DNA of 64,000 bases from the human T2T-CHM13v2.0 reference genome, Homo sapiens, in assembly GCA_009914755.4 (NCBI GenBank), contig CP086569.2:4928001-4992000 (forward strand), given 5' to 3'. Within the stretch, counting starts at the first letter, position 1. The number at the start of each line of letters is the position of its first letter. Position numbers and translations under genes: made by a program. Below the pieces are notes generated by a model, which did not search any database, was not told the DNA's origin, and was given only the letters and a program-made list of their open reading frames with translations. Shown one piece after another: positions 26,585-41,081 of this stretch.

Positions 26585-26880
26585 TTTTAAGAGTATGGAT
26601 TCTGGAGCTAGACCGTCTGGGTTCAAAGTCTTACACTTTGACACTCTCTAACTGTGTGACCTTGGACAAGTTAACTAATCATTCTGTGCCTGTTTCTGTA
26701 TCTTCTAAAATGGAGACATTCATCATGAGCTTTTCATATAAGATAGTTAACCTAAGTACCAGCAAAGTAGGTTGTAAACTCTTTAAGTGTAACATATACT
26801 TTGTGGCATACACACCTTTATATTCCGAGTACCTAGGATAGTTTCTAGCAGACAGAGTTAACGAATAATACATATTTTTA
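26585..26880 (+). mobile_element. MIR SINE (ancient, degenerate)
   Basis: …ctggagctagaccgtctgggttcaaagtcttacactttgacactctctaactgtgtgaccttggacaagttaactaatcattctgtgcctgtttctgtatcttctaaaatggaga… matches the MIR core (ctgggttcgaatcccggctctgccacttactagctgtgtgaccttgggcaagttacttaacctctctgtgcctcagtttcctcatctgtaaaatgggga). Confidence 0.65.
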
Positions 26881-29567
26881 ATAAAACTAAATGTTCCAAT
26901 GCATGTTGAAAATTGATTATAATTCCCTTGCAAGTTTTGGTTCTGATTGCACTGGAACCCCATGTAGCTCCAAGTTGGACAAAGTCAGCTGGTTTACATC
27001 TCAATGTAATAAATATTTGTTGAAAGAACTGTATGGCATGATGCCCCCTTTGTGTCTACTCACATTGACTTCAATAAATGATATTCTCTTTCTTGATACA
27101 AAAATCTACAAAAGTTTATTCATATAAATTTCTATACTATGAAAATTAGCATTCCACAAATTCTATAAACCAAATCATGAGTTACAGGATTGATAGATTG
27201 AGGGATAGAGGGATAGATGAACAAGTGCATCAAATGAAATATAGTTCGAAAGCACTATTACCCATTCAATTCCAAGCACTAAACCATTAAGAAACTTCTT
27301 GCGGTTCTCTTCCTTTCCTTAGTCGGCATATGATAAATCTTTTTGTCCTAATGTCTCTTTCATGTTTAATTTCCCAGTGTTGGTTTACAAGTGTTACTCT
27401 TTCTCTTCACTATTGGAAATTGGATGATTCAATTTATTTTTAAACTTTTAATGTTAAAAGGCATTGGCACTTCAAAAGAGAAAATGTATCTCCTAGGTTT
27501 GTGATATGAGCAGTGATATAGCAATGATTTCAAATACAGCATGCTTTAAATTCCAAGCTGGTGGAAATGTACCTGTATATTAATTAGGTGTTTACTATTT
27601 ATGGCCAGAAACAAAATATCATGAATTGTTGAGATACATGTACATGGAGAGATTATATTCTTATTTCTACAGTACTAGTAACAATATAGTGAAAAATATA
27701 CAAAACTACATTCCTTTATCTTTGTACATGGGAAGATTTGAGAGTGCATAGAGTTTCATCACTAAGATTGTATGATATTAGTCTCAATATATCTTCAAAG
27801 AATCAAATGGGTGTGAAGTATATTAAAATTTGGTAAAGTGTTAGTGAGAGCCTGGGTAAATAACTCTAGGCATTCAGGTTAATAATAAAAAGAAAATTTT
27901 TGATAGTTTTAATGGTTGTACAACTGTCTGAATATACTGCAAACTAATGAATTTCATGTTTTAAAAGGTGGACAGTATGACACTTAAATTATATTTCAAT
28001 AAAGCTGGTAAAATGCTCATACAAATAGTTTTTGAAATGTAAATACCATTGTGAACACTTTCAACTCAGTTATCATACAGTATATTTTCTTTAGTCTCCA
28101 TCCAGTTCCAGCAAATGCTACTACATGCACACTGAGAAGTAACAAAAAGGTAAAACTCTGTTTTCATTATTCTCCCTAATTTGCTCCTCAAATCATTCTT
28201 ATCCCCATAGCAACTCAGAGGAGTTGGAATGAATGTCCCATCCCCATTTCTTCTGCTTTAGTAAACTTGAATATTTAACTAGTATGATCTGACCCTTGGT
28301 TTGAAATTTAGATGCCTTATGACTACAGAAACTATAATAGGCACAATATTTGTCAAAAATGTTGAATACTGCAGGAAAAACAAATGCAATCCCAATAAAG
28401 TCCAGTTTTAAAATTAGCTTTACATGTAAGTGAGTTTTGTGGGAATGGGATCAGAATGGGTGATACTAAGTCATTAAAGTGCTTTGTTTTACAAAGAATG
28501 GATAAAGTTGTGCTGATTTTCAAGTCTGCATTGATTGACTTGCTCTTTTAATGCATTATAAATCACAGAGAAATAAAAATCATGGTGAAGAAAATTATTT
28601 AAAAATACCATAATAATAAGTATTGTCCAGTTATAATTATCTAATTCATTTTCTCTCTCTTTCTCTGTCTCTCAACTTACTTCTGCATTTATACTAAGAG
28701 AAGATACACAGAATAGACACTAACCTTGCAGACACAAACATTCTATAACATCCTAATTAATCTGGTAGGTGGGATTAATTTTTTTCTTTCCAAACCACAA
28801 GAAGCATTATATGTTAACATCATCAATTTTCAGATATATTCTATATACTTGTAATATAGTTGAACTTCATCATATGCATAATTTTTATTCTCTGAAAATA
28901 TAGCACTTTCCCTAGAATTCTTAGCATTTTCCTCTCTAATAAGGTTTCTTGAAGTAGACACTATCAAAACTTTATGAAGTAAGAAAATTGTATTATTTAC
29001 TATTGACTTCTTGTTTGAATTAAAGTCAAAAAATAAATTTCAAAATAAAGTCATTACATTTTTGTTGCTGGAAATTAGAAGCAGAAATATTTCCTCAGTA
29101 CGAAAAAAGATCTCTGCATATTTAGTTATTTAATAAATGTTCATTGAATGTAAAACACATCTTTTATTCACAGTTCTTATTTCATGTATTCTAATGTTAA
29201 TTATTAGTACTATTCATGTATTTACATATTTAAGTTATCATATAAATTTAGAAACTTATTAGAAACAATTTTATTACATTTCAGGTGTTTCTCCAATTGC
29301 CTGTGTGCTTTATTGCACTAGCAGAAGACAATTTTTATTTTACTGGCATACGAATACAGGCTTTACGTGTATCCTGAGGCACAGGGTCCCAAACTGCATT
29401 AGTTCAACAGACAGCAGCATGATAATAAACCCCAGGGTGTCAACCTATTAGTTTTAAAAATAGCTATAAAATTGACTTTAAATCTGATTTGTAATATTTT
29501 GCAGTCTTCATAGTAGTAATTCATAACTACCTATCTATACTTTCTTTAATTATTTAAAAATTCATAA

Positions 29568-29988
<421 letters not shown>

Positions 29989-30061
29989 AAGTCTGGTATT
30001 TTTTAAATGTCAGGCTGAGTGTTGTCATCTGCTCTTGACATGTCATTTAATTTTCAACATG

Positions 30062-30200
30062 GTTGTTCTCAGAACTGTTATCCCCATTTTTCAAATGAGG
30101 AAATGAAGGCTAAGAAATAATAATAAACGTGGCCAAGATCACAGAACTCATGCTTAGTAGAACCTCAGCCCATGCTCATGTATTCCTGATTCCATTTCAC
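30062..30200 (-). mobile_element. MIR SINE fragment
   Basis: tgttatccccatttttcaaatgaggaaatgaaggctaagaaa…gtggccaagatcacagaactcatgcttagtagaacctcagccc matches the reverse complement of MIR (tattatccccattttacagatgaggaaactgaggcacagagaggttaagtaacttgcccaaggtcacacagctagtaagtggcagagcc). Confidence 0.6.
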
Positions 30201-30658
30201 AATCATTTAACTGAAGATACTAACATTTCAACACCCAACATTGCCATGGGGATAATCTGAAGTGTGCCAAGAGCTTATATAAATGCCTCATTAATTGCTA
30301 AATCACTTACAAATTGTAAATTTGGCTTAAGTTTATCTCTTTATGTCTACTTGGGACCTAGAAGCAAAGCAGGGTAAATTTAGCAAGGAATGGACAAGAT
30401 CAATGTTCTTGTCATTTCCCAATTGTGTAACCTTTTTAAAATCACTTTACTTATTTAAGTTGACCATGGAAATGATATATTTCCAACTCACAGTTTTGTC
30501 AGAATCCAACAAGATATTTTATGTGAAAATTTTTACTTCATTGGTCAAAACCTGATAAATAAGAAATTTTTACAGGATTCCATGTTTAATAGAGTCATTG
30601 CTTCTTCACCAGAAGTTCAAGGAAGAACTTCTTGGAATTAAAAAGTAACCACAGTGTG

Positions 30659-31003
<345 letters not shown>

Positions 31004-31682
31004 TTAATTTAGCCTTTGAAACTGAAAACACATGTGACAATCGTTGAAGGAAACCAGTTGCTCAAAAGAAGTTATAAAACTATAAATATATACTTTAGAG
31101 AAAAGGAGTTTGCTGTTCAATGAATATGGAATACCCATTATGTGGATATCTAGAGTACCTGGTACCCTAATGCCTGAACTTCCTATTCCAGGAAAGGCAG
31201 AGTGGAATTCTTAAAATACTCTTCACTTTAACTTCTCCTAAAGGAAAGTAGACATGAAGAGCAAGTAGGCATACTGGGATATGTGGCCATGAGATGTCCT
31301 GGATAATGTGCCTGAATAAAATTTGAACTGAGTTCCTTTATTTTACTTTCCTTTATACTGCTACTTGATACATAGTAGTTTACAGGTTGCAGGATTATTT
31401 CATTACTATGTTTCTCTTAGAAAAAGAGCAATTTAAGAACCATCCAATGGCATTCGATTTATAATTGTATTAATAAACAGAAAGTCACTATTGAAACAAA
31501 CCAGACACTGGGCAAAGTTGCCTGTAGGAGAAACCTGGAATGAAAGAGAGACTATGAATCTTCTTTTAAAGCTCATATATGCTACTTGAAATACTAGCAA
31601 ATATCATATTTCGTTGCTATATATATTCATATGACATGTGTTTGGGGCTTTACATAAGAGCCATATTAGATTTATTTACTTA

Positions 31683-32830
31683 TTTTTTTTAACTTTTAAA
31701 TTCAGGGTACATGTGCAGGTTTGTAACATAGGTAAACTTATGTCATAGGGGTTTGTTGTACAGATTATTTCATCACCCAGATAGTAAGCCTAGTAGCCAT
31801 TTCTCTGGATCCTTTCCCTCCTCCCACCCTTCACCGTCTGATAGGCCCCAGTGTGTGTTGTCCCCGCTATGTGTCAGTGTGTTCTCATCATTTAGCTCCC
31901 AATTATAAGCCAGACCATGCAGTATTTGGTTTTCTGTTCGTTTGTTAGTTTGCTAAGGATAATGACTTCCAGTTCCCTCCATGTCCCTGCAAAGGACATG
32001 ACCTTTTTTATGACTGCATAGTATTCCATGGTATATATGTACCACATTTTCTTTACCCAGTTTATCATTGATGGGCATTTAGGTTGATTTCATGTCTTTG
32101 CTATTGTAGTGAACATATGTGTACACATGTCTTTATAATAGAATGATTTATATTCCTTTTGGTATATACTTAGTAATGGGATTTCTGTGTCGAATGGTAT
32201 TTCTGTCTTTAGGTCTTTGAGGAATCACCACACTGTCTGCTGCAATGGTTGAATTAATTTACTCTCCCACCAACAGTATATAAGAATTCCTTTTTCTCCA
32301 CAACCTCATCAGCATTTGTTATTTTTTGACTTTTTAAAAATAGGCACTCTGGTGTGAGATGGTATTTCACTGTGGTTTGGATTGGCATTTCTCTAATGAT
32401 CAGTGATTTTGATCATTTTTTTCATGATGGTTGGCTGCATGTATGTCTTCTTTTGAAAAGTATCTGTTCATGTCCTTTGCTCACTTTTTAATAAAATTGT
32501 TTGTGTGGTTTTTTTTTGTAAATTTAAGTTCCTTATACATGCTGTATATTACACCTTTGTTGGATACATAGTTGGCAAGAATTTTCTCCCATTCTGTAGG
32601 TTGTCTGTTAACTCTTTGATTGTTTCTTTTGCTGTGTAAGAGCTCTTTCATTTCCTTAGATCCCAGTTGTCAATTTTTGCTTTTGTTGCAATTACTTTTG
32701 ACATCTTTGTCATGCAATCTTTGCCCATGTCTATGTCCTGAATGGTATTGCCTAGGTTGTCTTCCGAGATTCTTATAGTTTTGGACTTTACATTTAAGTC
32801 TTTTACCCAACTAGAGTTAATTTTTTACAC
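31683..32830 (-). mobile_element. L1 (L1PA-like) 5'-truncated 3' fragment, ~1.15 kb
   Basis: Antisense L1 3'UTR and ORF2 C-terminus (ttttaaattcagggtacatgtgcaggtttgtaacataggtaaacttatgtcataggggtttgttgtacag…catgtccctgcaaaggacatgacc…tgcatagtattccatggtatatatgtaccacattttctttacccag…). Short ttattt(a) TSD. Confidence 0.88.
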
Positions 32831-35800
32831 TTATTTAAAATTATATTTATGTATTTAGACTTAACTTTTAAAATTTATATCTTATTCTAAATTTTAATCA
32901 ACTTAAAATCTGTTTTTTACTTAAAAAGAAATAGCACATACACACACATGCAGGAATTTAATATTCTTCACTTATATGTAAAAAACATTATTTGATGTTT
33001 TCCGTTTCAAGATATAACAATTTATTTTCACTTTTATGTGCATTTATATTATTATATAGGTTTTTAATTTGTGACCTAACTCTTCATTCTGGACAAAGAT
33101 AACTAGTTGCATCTTTAGATGTAAAGTTACACTCAAGTGCAATAAAGTGAGTCCTCAAAATGACAAAACAAACAAACAAAAAACAACAAAGCAGACACTG
33201 AAGTGAGGAGAAGGGAAACGTAATAGCCTATTATGCAAAAATAACTTCATTTAAGAAATCAACCAAGATTAGAGAAAAATATGAGTATCCACATGGGGAT
33301 TATATGGGTATATTGGCATCTATAATTTTAAAGATGGTTTATGAATCATTGTTTTGAATCAGATTGGAGGACCAATCTCTACTCTTTATAATGAGGCTTC
33401 TTTCTGTCCTAGCTAAGTGGGAGCTATAATTGATAGTGTATATGGCCACGAAGTGGAACAGAATGCTGTCATAGGAGTTTTCTACGTAATGTGATTAAAG
33501 CTAACATGCAGTACATCAAAAACACTGTAGTCCGTCTGACAGTCTTTAGCAGTGGGCATCTAATATTGAAGTTTGATTTACTTCAACATTTGAAAACTCT
33601 GTTACCTTAATATCTTTCAAGGACTTCAAATACTTTTTGATTTATTCCAAGCTTTCATTTTATTATTGAACTGGAACTAAAACTTCCAAAATGCAAATGA
33701 AATAAATGAAATAAAGATCATTAATGGTGCTTAATTCAGTTATCAGAATATCAGCATAGTGTGAGTTTTGCAAATTGGTTTCTCAATTCTGAATTTACAT
33801 TCTGTTTGCCATGTGTTCAACTTGAACTTACACAGGATGACTCATTTTTATAAACTTATACCATTCATATAACTTGAGGAAAAGATTTATTGCTTATCTT
33901 TATAGACAAGTAACTTGAGTATACAGTCACTCTTTAGATAATAGACATTTTACTCATTATGTTGTGGATTCAATTCTGAAGCCAGTTATTTTGCTATTAG
34001 AATTGAAATTATTCATTTTAATCACGATGATAATAGATTCACAGCCACGTATAATAAAATTGCAAAGTCTACTTGATTTGCCTTTAATTTCTTCCCTTTC
34101 TATGTTGCTCTTCTCACTTTATTGTCCATCTTGGTTACTCAAGTCTTGGGACAAAACCTCCCAGTGATCTCTCCTCACTTCTCTCAGGCCTATTTTAACT
34201 CAGTCCTCTAGAGCCTCATGGTTGATGGAGACAGTCACATGGCTGGATATATTAAAATTATCTAAGATATCTACCTTTCTGTTTTTATTAGTGCAACTAA
34301 TACCTAAAAGAGGAAGGACTGGTGGTGCAAGATGACATAGTTTCTGGAAACTATTTCTGTGCAGACTCCAAAAAGGGGAAGGATGGAAGGGGATTGAGGA
34401 GTGAGAAATTACCTGTTGGATACAATGTTCACTATTTAGGTTGTGGGCTCACTAAAAGCCAAAACCTCACCATAATTTTCAGCATATCCATGTAACAAAC
34501 CTGCACATGTACCTTCTGAATCTAAAATAAAATCGAATAACAAAAAACCGATTTTTGGACTATATTTCATAAACCTACCAATATGGTCCATAAGAAGTTG
34601 CAAATGCTATGAATAAAATAAATTATATAAATGTAAAATCGTATCTGCTTGTATGTATTTGTTTAATCCTCATAGTATGTGTAATTCATTTCTATATACA
34701 AGTACATGCCATGGTATTTACACAATACATATGGTCAAATAGTTATGTGCTCATAAAATATTAAAAATTTTGGATGAAGAAAGAGATATTGTACTTAGTC
34801 ATTGATATTGACATTGTATTTCATAATTCCAGTGCAGTAATGCATGTGTGTTTATGTTGATAAATGCTGATCAGAATTCAGATTTACAGTAAAAAAACAG
34901 AACCGAATAAATATTCAGATTCAAAATATTGATATTATTTCAATGCTGTATTTTTCTGTGATTTATATTCTCAGAAATTGTGGTGGGAAATTGAATTTGA
35001 TATTGTGGTTCAAGGTGCATAGATTCCTCTCTTGTCAATGGTTTACATTGGTCATTAACAGTGGCAGGTTGTTGCAGAGGTGAGGAAATTACATGTTCCC
35101 AAGTGTTTCTAAAATATAAAAACCCAAAGAGTTGAATTAGGTTTTGCATCTAAGTTAAACTGAAGCTTGTGATATGATGCTTCCACAGAGCTATTAAAAG
35201 TTATTAAAATCCTGATTCTGTGTGTCTAATAAATTTTGGCTGTATGATATGAATGCATTAATTTTGTGCTTAAAAGCAAAAGGGCTGATAAAAAGTTCCA
35301 GTTAATATATAAACATAGTAGAAATTTGATACATACTTCTTGATGATACATATTGTGTGACAGAAAACCTAACTATAATAATGATACCAACTCATATTGT
35401 ACAGGACTCTTTCATATATTACATTATTTGATCCTCACAATCCCATCAGCTAGGAAAGGCAGACTTTATGAATTTCTATTTAAAGATGAGAAAATGGAAA
35501 TTCAAGGAGGTATTTGAGTTTTCTAGGATTCAGACATAGGTCTAGTAATATTTTTCAGTATACCATATTGCTTCTGAGTACTCAGAATCTCATTTTCAAT
35601 TGTAACAGTTGTAAAAGGCCTGTATATGCTTACAATATGTGTGCAGAGTGTAGATATGAAGCCTCAATGGTGAGAACAACCTTACATATATCAAATGGAT
35701 TCTAAACCAAAGAAATTCCAGCAACTAAATATCCTACCTTGGTTCCTTATATTTTTAACGTGTAAAAATTCACATAAATATCACATTTGGAAAATAATGC

Positions 35801-36443
35801 AGATTTATATCATACCTGCATAGAAGAAAATATGGCACACTGATTTTTATGACGGGGAACAAAGCCGGGCTTTTGATCCTAGAATTACAGTCCTGTAATT
35901 TAGACCTCCTTAATGTAATAGTTTTATGATAACTCTGCAAGCCTAGGCATCACTGCTACTTAATCTTTCTGCTTACCTATTTCACAGGTATTTAATGCCC
36001 ATTTAGTCATCATTTGAAAAACTTATATATATATTAACCAAAGCTAAATTTATCTACTCTGCTTATATATGCAGCTTGACACACACAACTAATTTAATAT
36101 GTAGGTGCTTTCCTTGATCCAATTAGGTTCTTCTGTTTTATTCATAGGTATAGATTGTTGCAAGCACTAAAATTATACCCATAAAAAAAAGTTTGCATCT
36201 AAAAACAGGATTAGCTAATTGCTTGGCACTTTGAGAAAATTCCATCCACAATCTGATGAACTCCCAATTTAAAAATACAGGAAAATGATTTAAAATAAAC
36301 ATTTCTGCTTTTATTCTGTTCTGTGTGTCATAAATGTAACATAAAATAATTCCATAGGAAACGGGATGGTTTCTCTAAGTTTCAGATGACTTTATAAGTA
36401 ATTTTGTTTTATTTTGTTTCTTTCTTTGATTCCTGGGGAATTA

Positions 36444-38650
36444 ATTTTTTTGCAAACTTTTATTTTAGGTTCATGGGTACAGGTGCAGGTTTGTTATAAA
36501 GGCAAATTGCATGTTACAGGAGTTTGCTATATGAATTGTTTTGTCACTCAGGTAATAAGCATAGTACCTGACAGACAGATTTTCAATCCTCAGCCTCTGC
36601 ACACCCTCCACCCTGAAGTAGATCCTGGGGTGTCTGTTCTTCTCTTCTTTGTGTCCATGTGTACTCAATGTTTAGCTTCTACTTATAACATGCAGTATTT
36701 GGTTTTCTGTTCCTGCATAAGTTCACTTAGGATAATGACCTCCAGCTCCATTTATGTTGCTTCAAAGGACATGATCTCATTCTCTCTTATGGCTACATAG
36801 TATTCCATGGTGAATGTGTACAACATTTTCTTTACCTAGTTTAACATTGATGGGCGTTTAGGTTGGTTCCATGCCTTTGCTACTGTGAATGGTGCTATGA
36901 TGAACATACATGTGCATGAGTCCTTATGGTAGAACAATTTCTATTCCTTTGCGTATATACCCAATCATGAGATTGCTGGGTTAAATGGTAATTTTGTATT
37001 AAGTTCTTTGAGAAATCGCCAAACCACTTTCCAAAATTGTTGAATTAATTTGCATTCCCATCAGCAGTGTAAAAGTATTGCCTTTTCTCCACAACCTTGC
37101 CGGCATTTATTATTTTTTGACTTATTAATAATAGCCATTCTTACTGGCATGCAATAGTATCTCATTGTAGTTTTCATTTGCATTTCTCTAATAATTAGTG
37201 ATACTGAACATTTTTTCATATGCCTGTTGGCCACATGTATGTACACTTTTGGAAAGTATATGTTCATGTCCTTTGCCTACTTTTTAATGGGATTGTTTGA
37301 TTTTTGCTCATTAATTTGTTTAAGTACTTTGTAGATTCTGGATATAAGACCTTTGTCAGATGCATACTTTGAAAATATTTTCTCCCATACTGTAGGTTGT
37401 CTGTTTATTCTGTTGATAGTTTCTTTTTGCTGTGTAGAAGCTCTTGAGTTTAATTAGCTCTCATGTGTCAACTTTTGATTTATTTCATTTCCTGTTGGCG
37501 AATTGTAATAAAATCTTTGCCAGAGCCTATGTGCAGAATTGTATTGCCTCAATTGTCTTCCAGAGTTTTCATATGTTAGGTGTTACATTTAAGTCTTTAA
37601 TTCATCTTAAGTAGATTTTTATATATGGTGAGAGGAATGGGTCCAGTTCCGGCACCATTTATTGAATAGGGAGTCCTTTCTCCATTGCTTGTTTTTGTCA
37701 ATTTCTGGAAGATCAAGTTATTGTAGGTGTGTTGCGTTATCTGGGGGCTCTGTCTTCTGTTCCATTGGTCAGTGAGTCTTTTTTGATGCCAGTACCATGA
37801 TGTTTTAGTTACTGTAGCCATATAGTATAGTTTGAGGTTGAGTAATGTGATGCCTCCAACTTTGTTTTTTTTACTTAGGATTGCCTTGGCTATTTGGGTT
37901 GATTTTTTTGTTTGTTTGTTTGTTTTTTGGTTTCATATAAATTTAAAGATAGCATCTTCTAATTTGCTGAAGAATGTCATTGGTAGTTTGATAGGAATAG
38001 CACTGAATCTGTAAATTGCTTTGGGCAGTATGGCCATTTAACAATATTCATCCTTCTTATCCATGAGCATGGAATGTTTTTGCATTTGTTTGTGTCATCT
38101 CTGATTTCTTTGAGCAGTGTTTTGTAATTCTCATAGTAGAGATATTTCATTTCTCTGGTTAGTTCTATTCCTAGGTATTTCATTCTTTTTATGCCTATTA
38201 TAAATAGGATTGTGTTCTTGATATGGCTCTTGGTTTGGATGTTGTTGGTGTATAGAAATACTACTGACTTTTGGACATGATTTTTGTATTATGAAATTTT
38301 GCTGAAGTTGTTTATCAGATCTAGGAGCTTTGGGGCAAAGACTATGGGGCTTCCTAGGTATAGAATGATATCACCTACAAACAGAGATAGTTTGACTTCC
38401 TCTCTTTTTATTAAGATGCCTTTTATCTTTTATTTATTTCTATTGTCTGATTTTTCTTCCTAGGACTTCCAGTACTATGTTCATTAGGAGTATTAGAGTG
38501 GTCATCTTTGTCTTGTTTCTGTTCTGAAGAGGAATGCTTCTAGCTTTTGCTCATTCAATATGATGTTGGCTGTGGGAATGTCATAGATAGCTCTTACTAT
38601 TTTGAGGTATGCTCCTTCAGAGCCTAGTTTGTTCAGGATTTTTAACGTGA
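36444..38650 (-). mobile_element. Older L1 (minus), 3' end through mid-ORF2 (RT). Host of the L1PA insertion at 38651.
   Basis: Antisense L1 3'UTR (ttttttgcaaacttttattttaggttcatgggtacaggtgcaggtttgttataaaggcaaattgcatgt…). Minus-strand ORF2 peptides …SLIIREMQMKTTMRYYCMPVRMAIINKSKNNKC…, …[51 protein letters not shown]…, …[38 protein letters not shown]…. Confidence 0.85.
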
Positions 38651-39510
38651 AAGGATATGAACAGACACTTCTCAAAAGAAGACATTTATGCAGCCAACAA
38701 GCATATGAAGAAGAGCTCATCATCACTGGTCATTAGAGAAATGCAAATCAAAACCACAATGAGATACCATCTCATGCCAGTTAGAATGGCGATCCTTACA
38801 AAGTCAGAAAACAACAGATGCTGGAGAGGATGCAGAGAAATAGGAACGCTTTTACACTATTGGTGGGAGTGTAAATTAGTTCAACCATTGTGGAAGACAG
38901 TGTGGCAATTCCTCAAGGATCTAGAGCCAGAAATAACATTTAACTCAGCAATCCCATTATTGAGTATATAACCAAAGGATTATAAATCATTCTACTAAAA
39001 AGACACATGCACAAGTATGTGTGTTGCAGCACTGTTCACAATAGCAAACCCTTGGAACCAACCCAAATGCCCATCAATGATACACTGAATAAAATGTGGC
39101 ACATATATGCCATGGAATACTATGCAGCCATAAGAAAGGATGAGTTCATGTCCTTTGCAGGGACATGGATGAAGCTGGAAACCGTCATTCTCAGCAAACT
39201 AACACAAGAACAGAAAACCAAACACCGCATGTTCTCACTCATAAGTGGGAGTTGAACAATGAGAACACATGGACACAGGGAGGGGAACATCACACACCAG
39301 GCCTGTCGGTGGGTAGGGGGCTAGGGGAGGGATAGCATTAGGAGAAATACCTAATGTAGATGATGGGTTGATTGGTGCAGCAAACTACCATGGCACGTTT
39401 ATACCTATGTAACAAAGCTGCACATTCTGCATATGTATCCCAGAACTTAAAGTGTTAAAAAAAAAAAAAGCTATGCATTCAAAATTTTTAAAAAAATAAA
39501 AATTAAAAAA
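38651..39510 (+). mobile_element. L1PA-type 3' fragment (ORF2 C-terminus, 3'UTR and A-rich tail) inserted into the older minus-strand L1
   Basis: Plus-strand ORF2 peptides [92 protein letters not shown]… and …EPTQMPINDTLNKMWHIYAMEYYAAIRKDEFMSFAGTWMKLETVILSKLTQEQKTKHRMFSLISGS. Canonical 3'UTR …gtatcccagaacttaaagtgttaaaaaaaaaaaaa. TSD ttaa[c/a]gtga (38642-38650 and 39515-39523). Confidence 0.88.
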
Positions 39511-39900
39511 ATTCTTAAAGTGAGTTTTTAGCTCTATCTGATCAGCTTGGTTCTTTCTTAAAACAGACATTTCATGTATCTCCTGGGTTATTTTATTGTA
39601 TTCCTTAGATTTCTTGGATTGCATTTCAAGTTTCTCCTGAATCTTGATGGTCTTCATTTATATCCACACTCTGAATTCTATTTCTGTCGTTTTAGCCATA
39701 TCAGCCTGGTTAAGAACCATTTCTGGGGAACTAGAGCAGTTATTTGGAGGTGAGAAAACACTCTGGTTTTTGAGTTGCCATAGTTCTCACACTAGTTCTT
39801 TCTCATCTGTGTTGGCTGTTTCTTCTATCTTTGGAATTGCTATCCTTTGGATGAGAATTTACTTGTTTCTTCTTTGATGCCTTTGGGGGTTTGATTGTGA
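39511..39900 (-). mobile_element. Continuation of the older minus-strand L1 on the far side of the L1PA insertion (ORF2 EN-RT linker region). About 0.8 kb of the host L1 appears to be missing at the junction. The right boundary is uncertain.
   Basis: Sequence just past the TSD (gagtttttagctctatctgatcagcttggttc…) continues L1 ORF2 antisense. The minus-strand peptide …TIKIQEKLEMQSKKSKEYNKITQEIHE… loosely resembles ORF2 …[22 protein letters not shown]…. Confidence 0.5.
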
Positions 39901-40444
39901 TATAAGGTTGATTCAGTTGACTGGCTTTGTTTCTGGACGATTTTGGGGCACCAAGGCTCAGCTCAGCACTCTTGGGCTGTGTGCTCTAATTCTGGGAGGC
40001 AGGTATTGGGCCCCCAGCTTTGTTTTCTGGCCTCTGCAAATTAGGAATCTGCTGTGCTGGAGGGACTGAAACATTCCCTGTCTGCAGCCACAACACTCTG
40101 ATGGGTTGTACTGGCTAAAACACTTTCTTGGGGTGGTGACAGCAGAATTCATGCTTGCTCATGTGTACCAGTAGCCATGGCAGCACAGCATGTGTATTTG
40201 TATTTGTGCATGTGTATTTGCTGGGGTTGGGTACTGGTAGGAGTGGGACATTGGTGTTCTTGGGTGAACTTGTGTAGGTGGTGTGGTGGGGGTGGGGGAC
40301 TGGCAGGGGTAGGGTTGCCTGTGTCCATGCTTGCACTTGTACCAGCAGTGATGGCAGCATGGGTGGGTCACTGGTGGTTTCAAGGATGCTGCCCTCCATG
40401 CACACATTTGCATTGGCAGCAGTGATGGCCTCATTTTAGTTATA

Positions 40445-40830
40445 AACTTTTTTAAGGACATATTAACATACATTTTATTTTTTGTTCTTCTAAAAATCTA
40501 ACTTTATAGTTTACATACAATACAATGCACCAATTTTGATTGTACAGTTCAACATGTTCAGAAAAATGTATACACCCATGTAACTACCACCACAATCAAG
40601 GTATGGAACATTTCTATCAAATCCACACAAATGAAAAATAAATAAATAATAAATAAATAAATAAATAAATAGTTTTGTCATGTTACTATGTGGTCAGTCT
40701 TTCCTCTTCCCTGTTCCAGGCAACTACTACTTTGTTTTCTGCCATGACATGATAGGTAAGTTTGCTTATTCCAGAATTTCATTTAAATGAAATCACAAGG
40801 TAATTATAGATTTATGATTTTATTATAATT
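40445..40830 (+). mobile_element. Ancient L1M-type 3'-end fragment containing an (AAAT)n microsatellite (40633-40670)
   Basis: …tttacatacaatacaatgcaccaattttgattgtacagttcaacatgtt…cacccatgtaactaccaccacaatcaaggtatggaacatttctatcaaatccacac… and …ctgttccaggcaactactactttgttttctgccatgacatgataggtaagtttgcttattccagaatttcatttaaatgaaatcaca… resemble L1MB/MC/MD 3' ends (…caccacaatcaagatatagaacatttccatcacccc…cctctggcaaccaccaatctgttctctgtatctatgag…ttagattccacatataagtgagatcat…). Confidence 0.55.
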
Positions 40831-41081
40831 GAGAAACTTATTAGTTCTAAATTGGACAGTGCAATAAATTTTTTGTTGTTTTTTGTTTTTCTCCCCGGGA
40901 GAGGCAGTTTAATGAGCTCGGGGCCAATACAAAAGATCAAATTTCTCTCCATGGGGAAATGCAGGAACCCACAGAACACTACGCTTGCTGGGAAAGCGGG
41001 TAGCTTCTCATTTAGTTGCAGGAGGAGGAGATAGCTCCCAGGGCTTTCAGAGGAAAGCATGGCCTTCAGCATCAGGGACAT

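Noticed and set aside
36444-39510. Considered a single L1 insertion with a 5' inversion (twin priming) to explain the adjacent minus and plus L1 segments
   Set aside because: The minus-strand segment has its own complete 3'UTR and T-tail at 36444. The plus-strand L1PA segment has its own A-tail and is bracketed by a TSD within continuing older-L1 sequence. That makes two separate elements of different age, one nested in the other, not one twin-primed copy.
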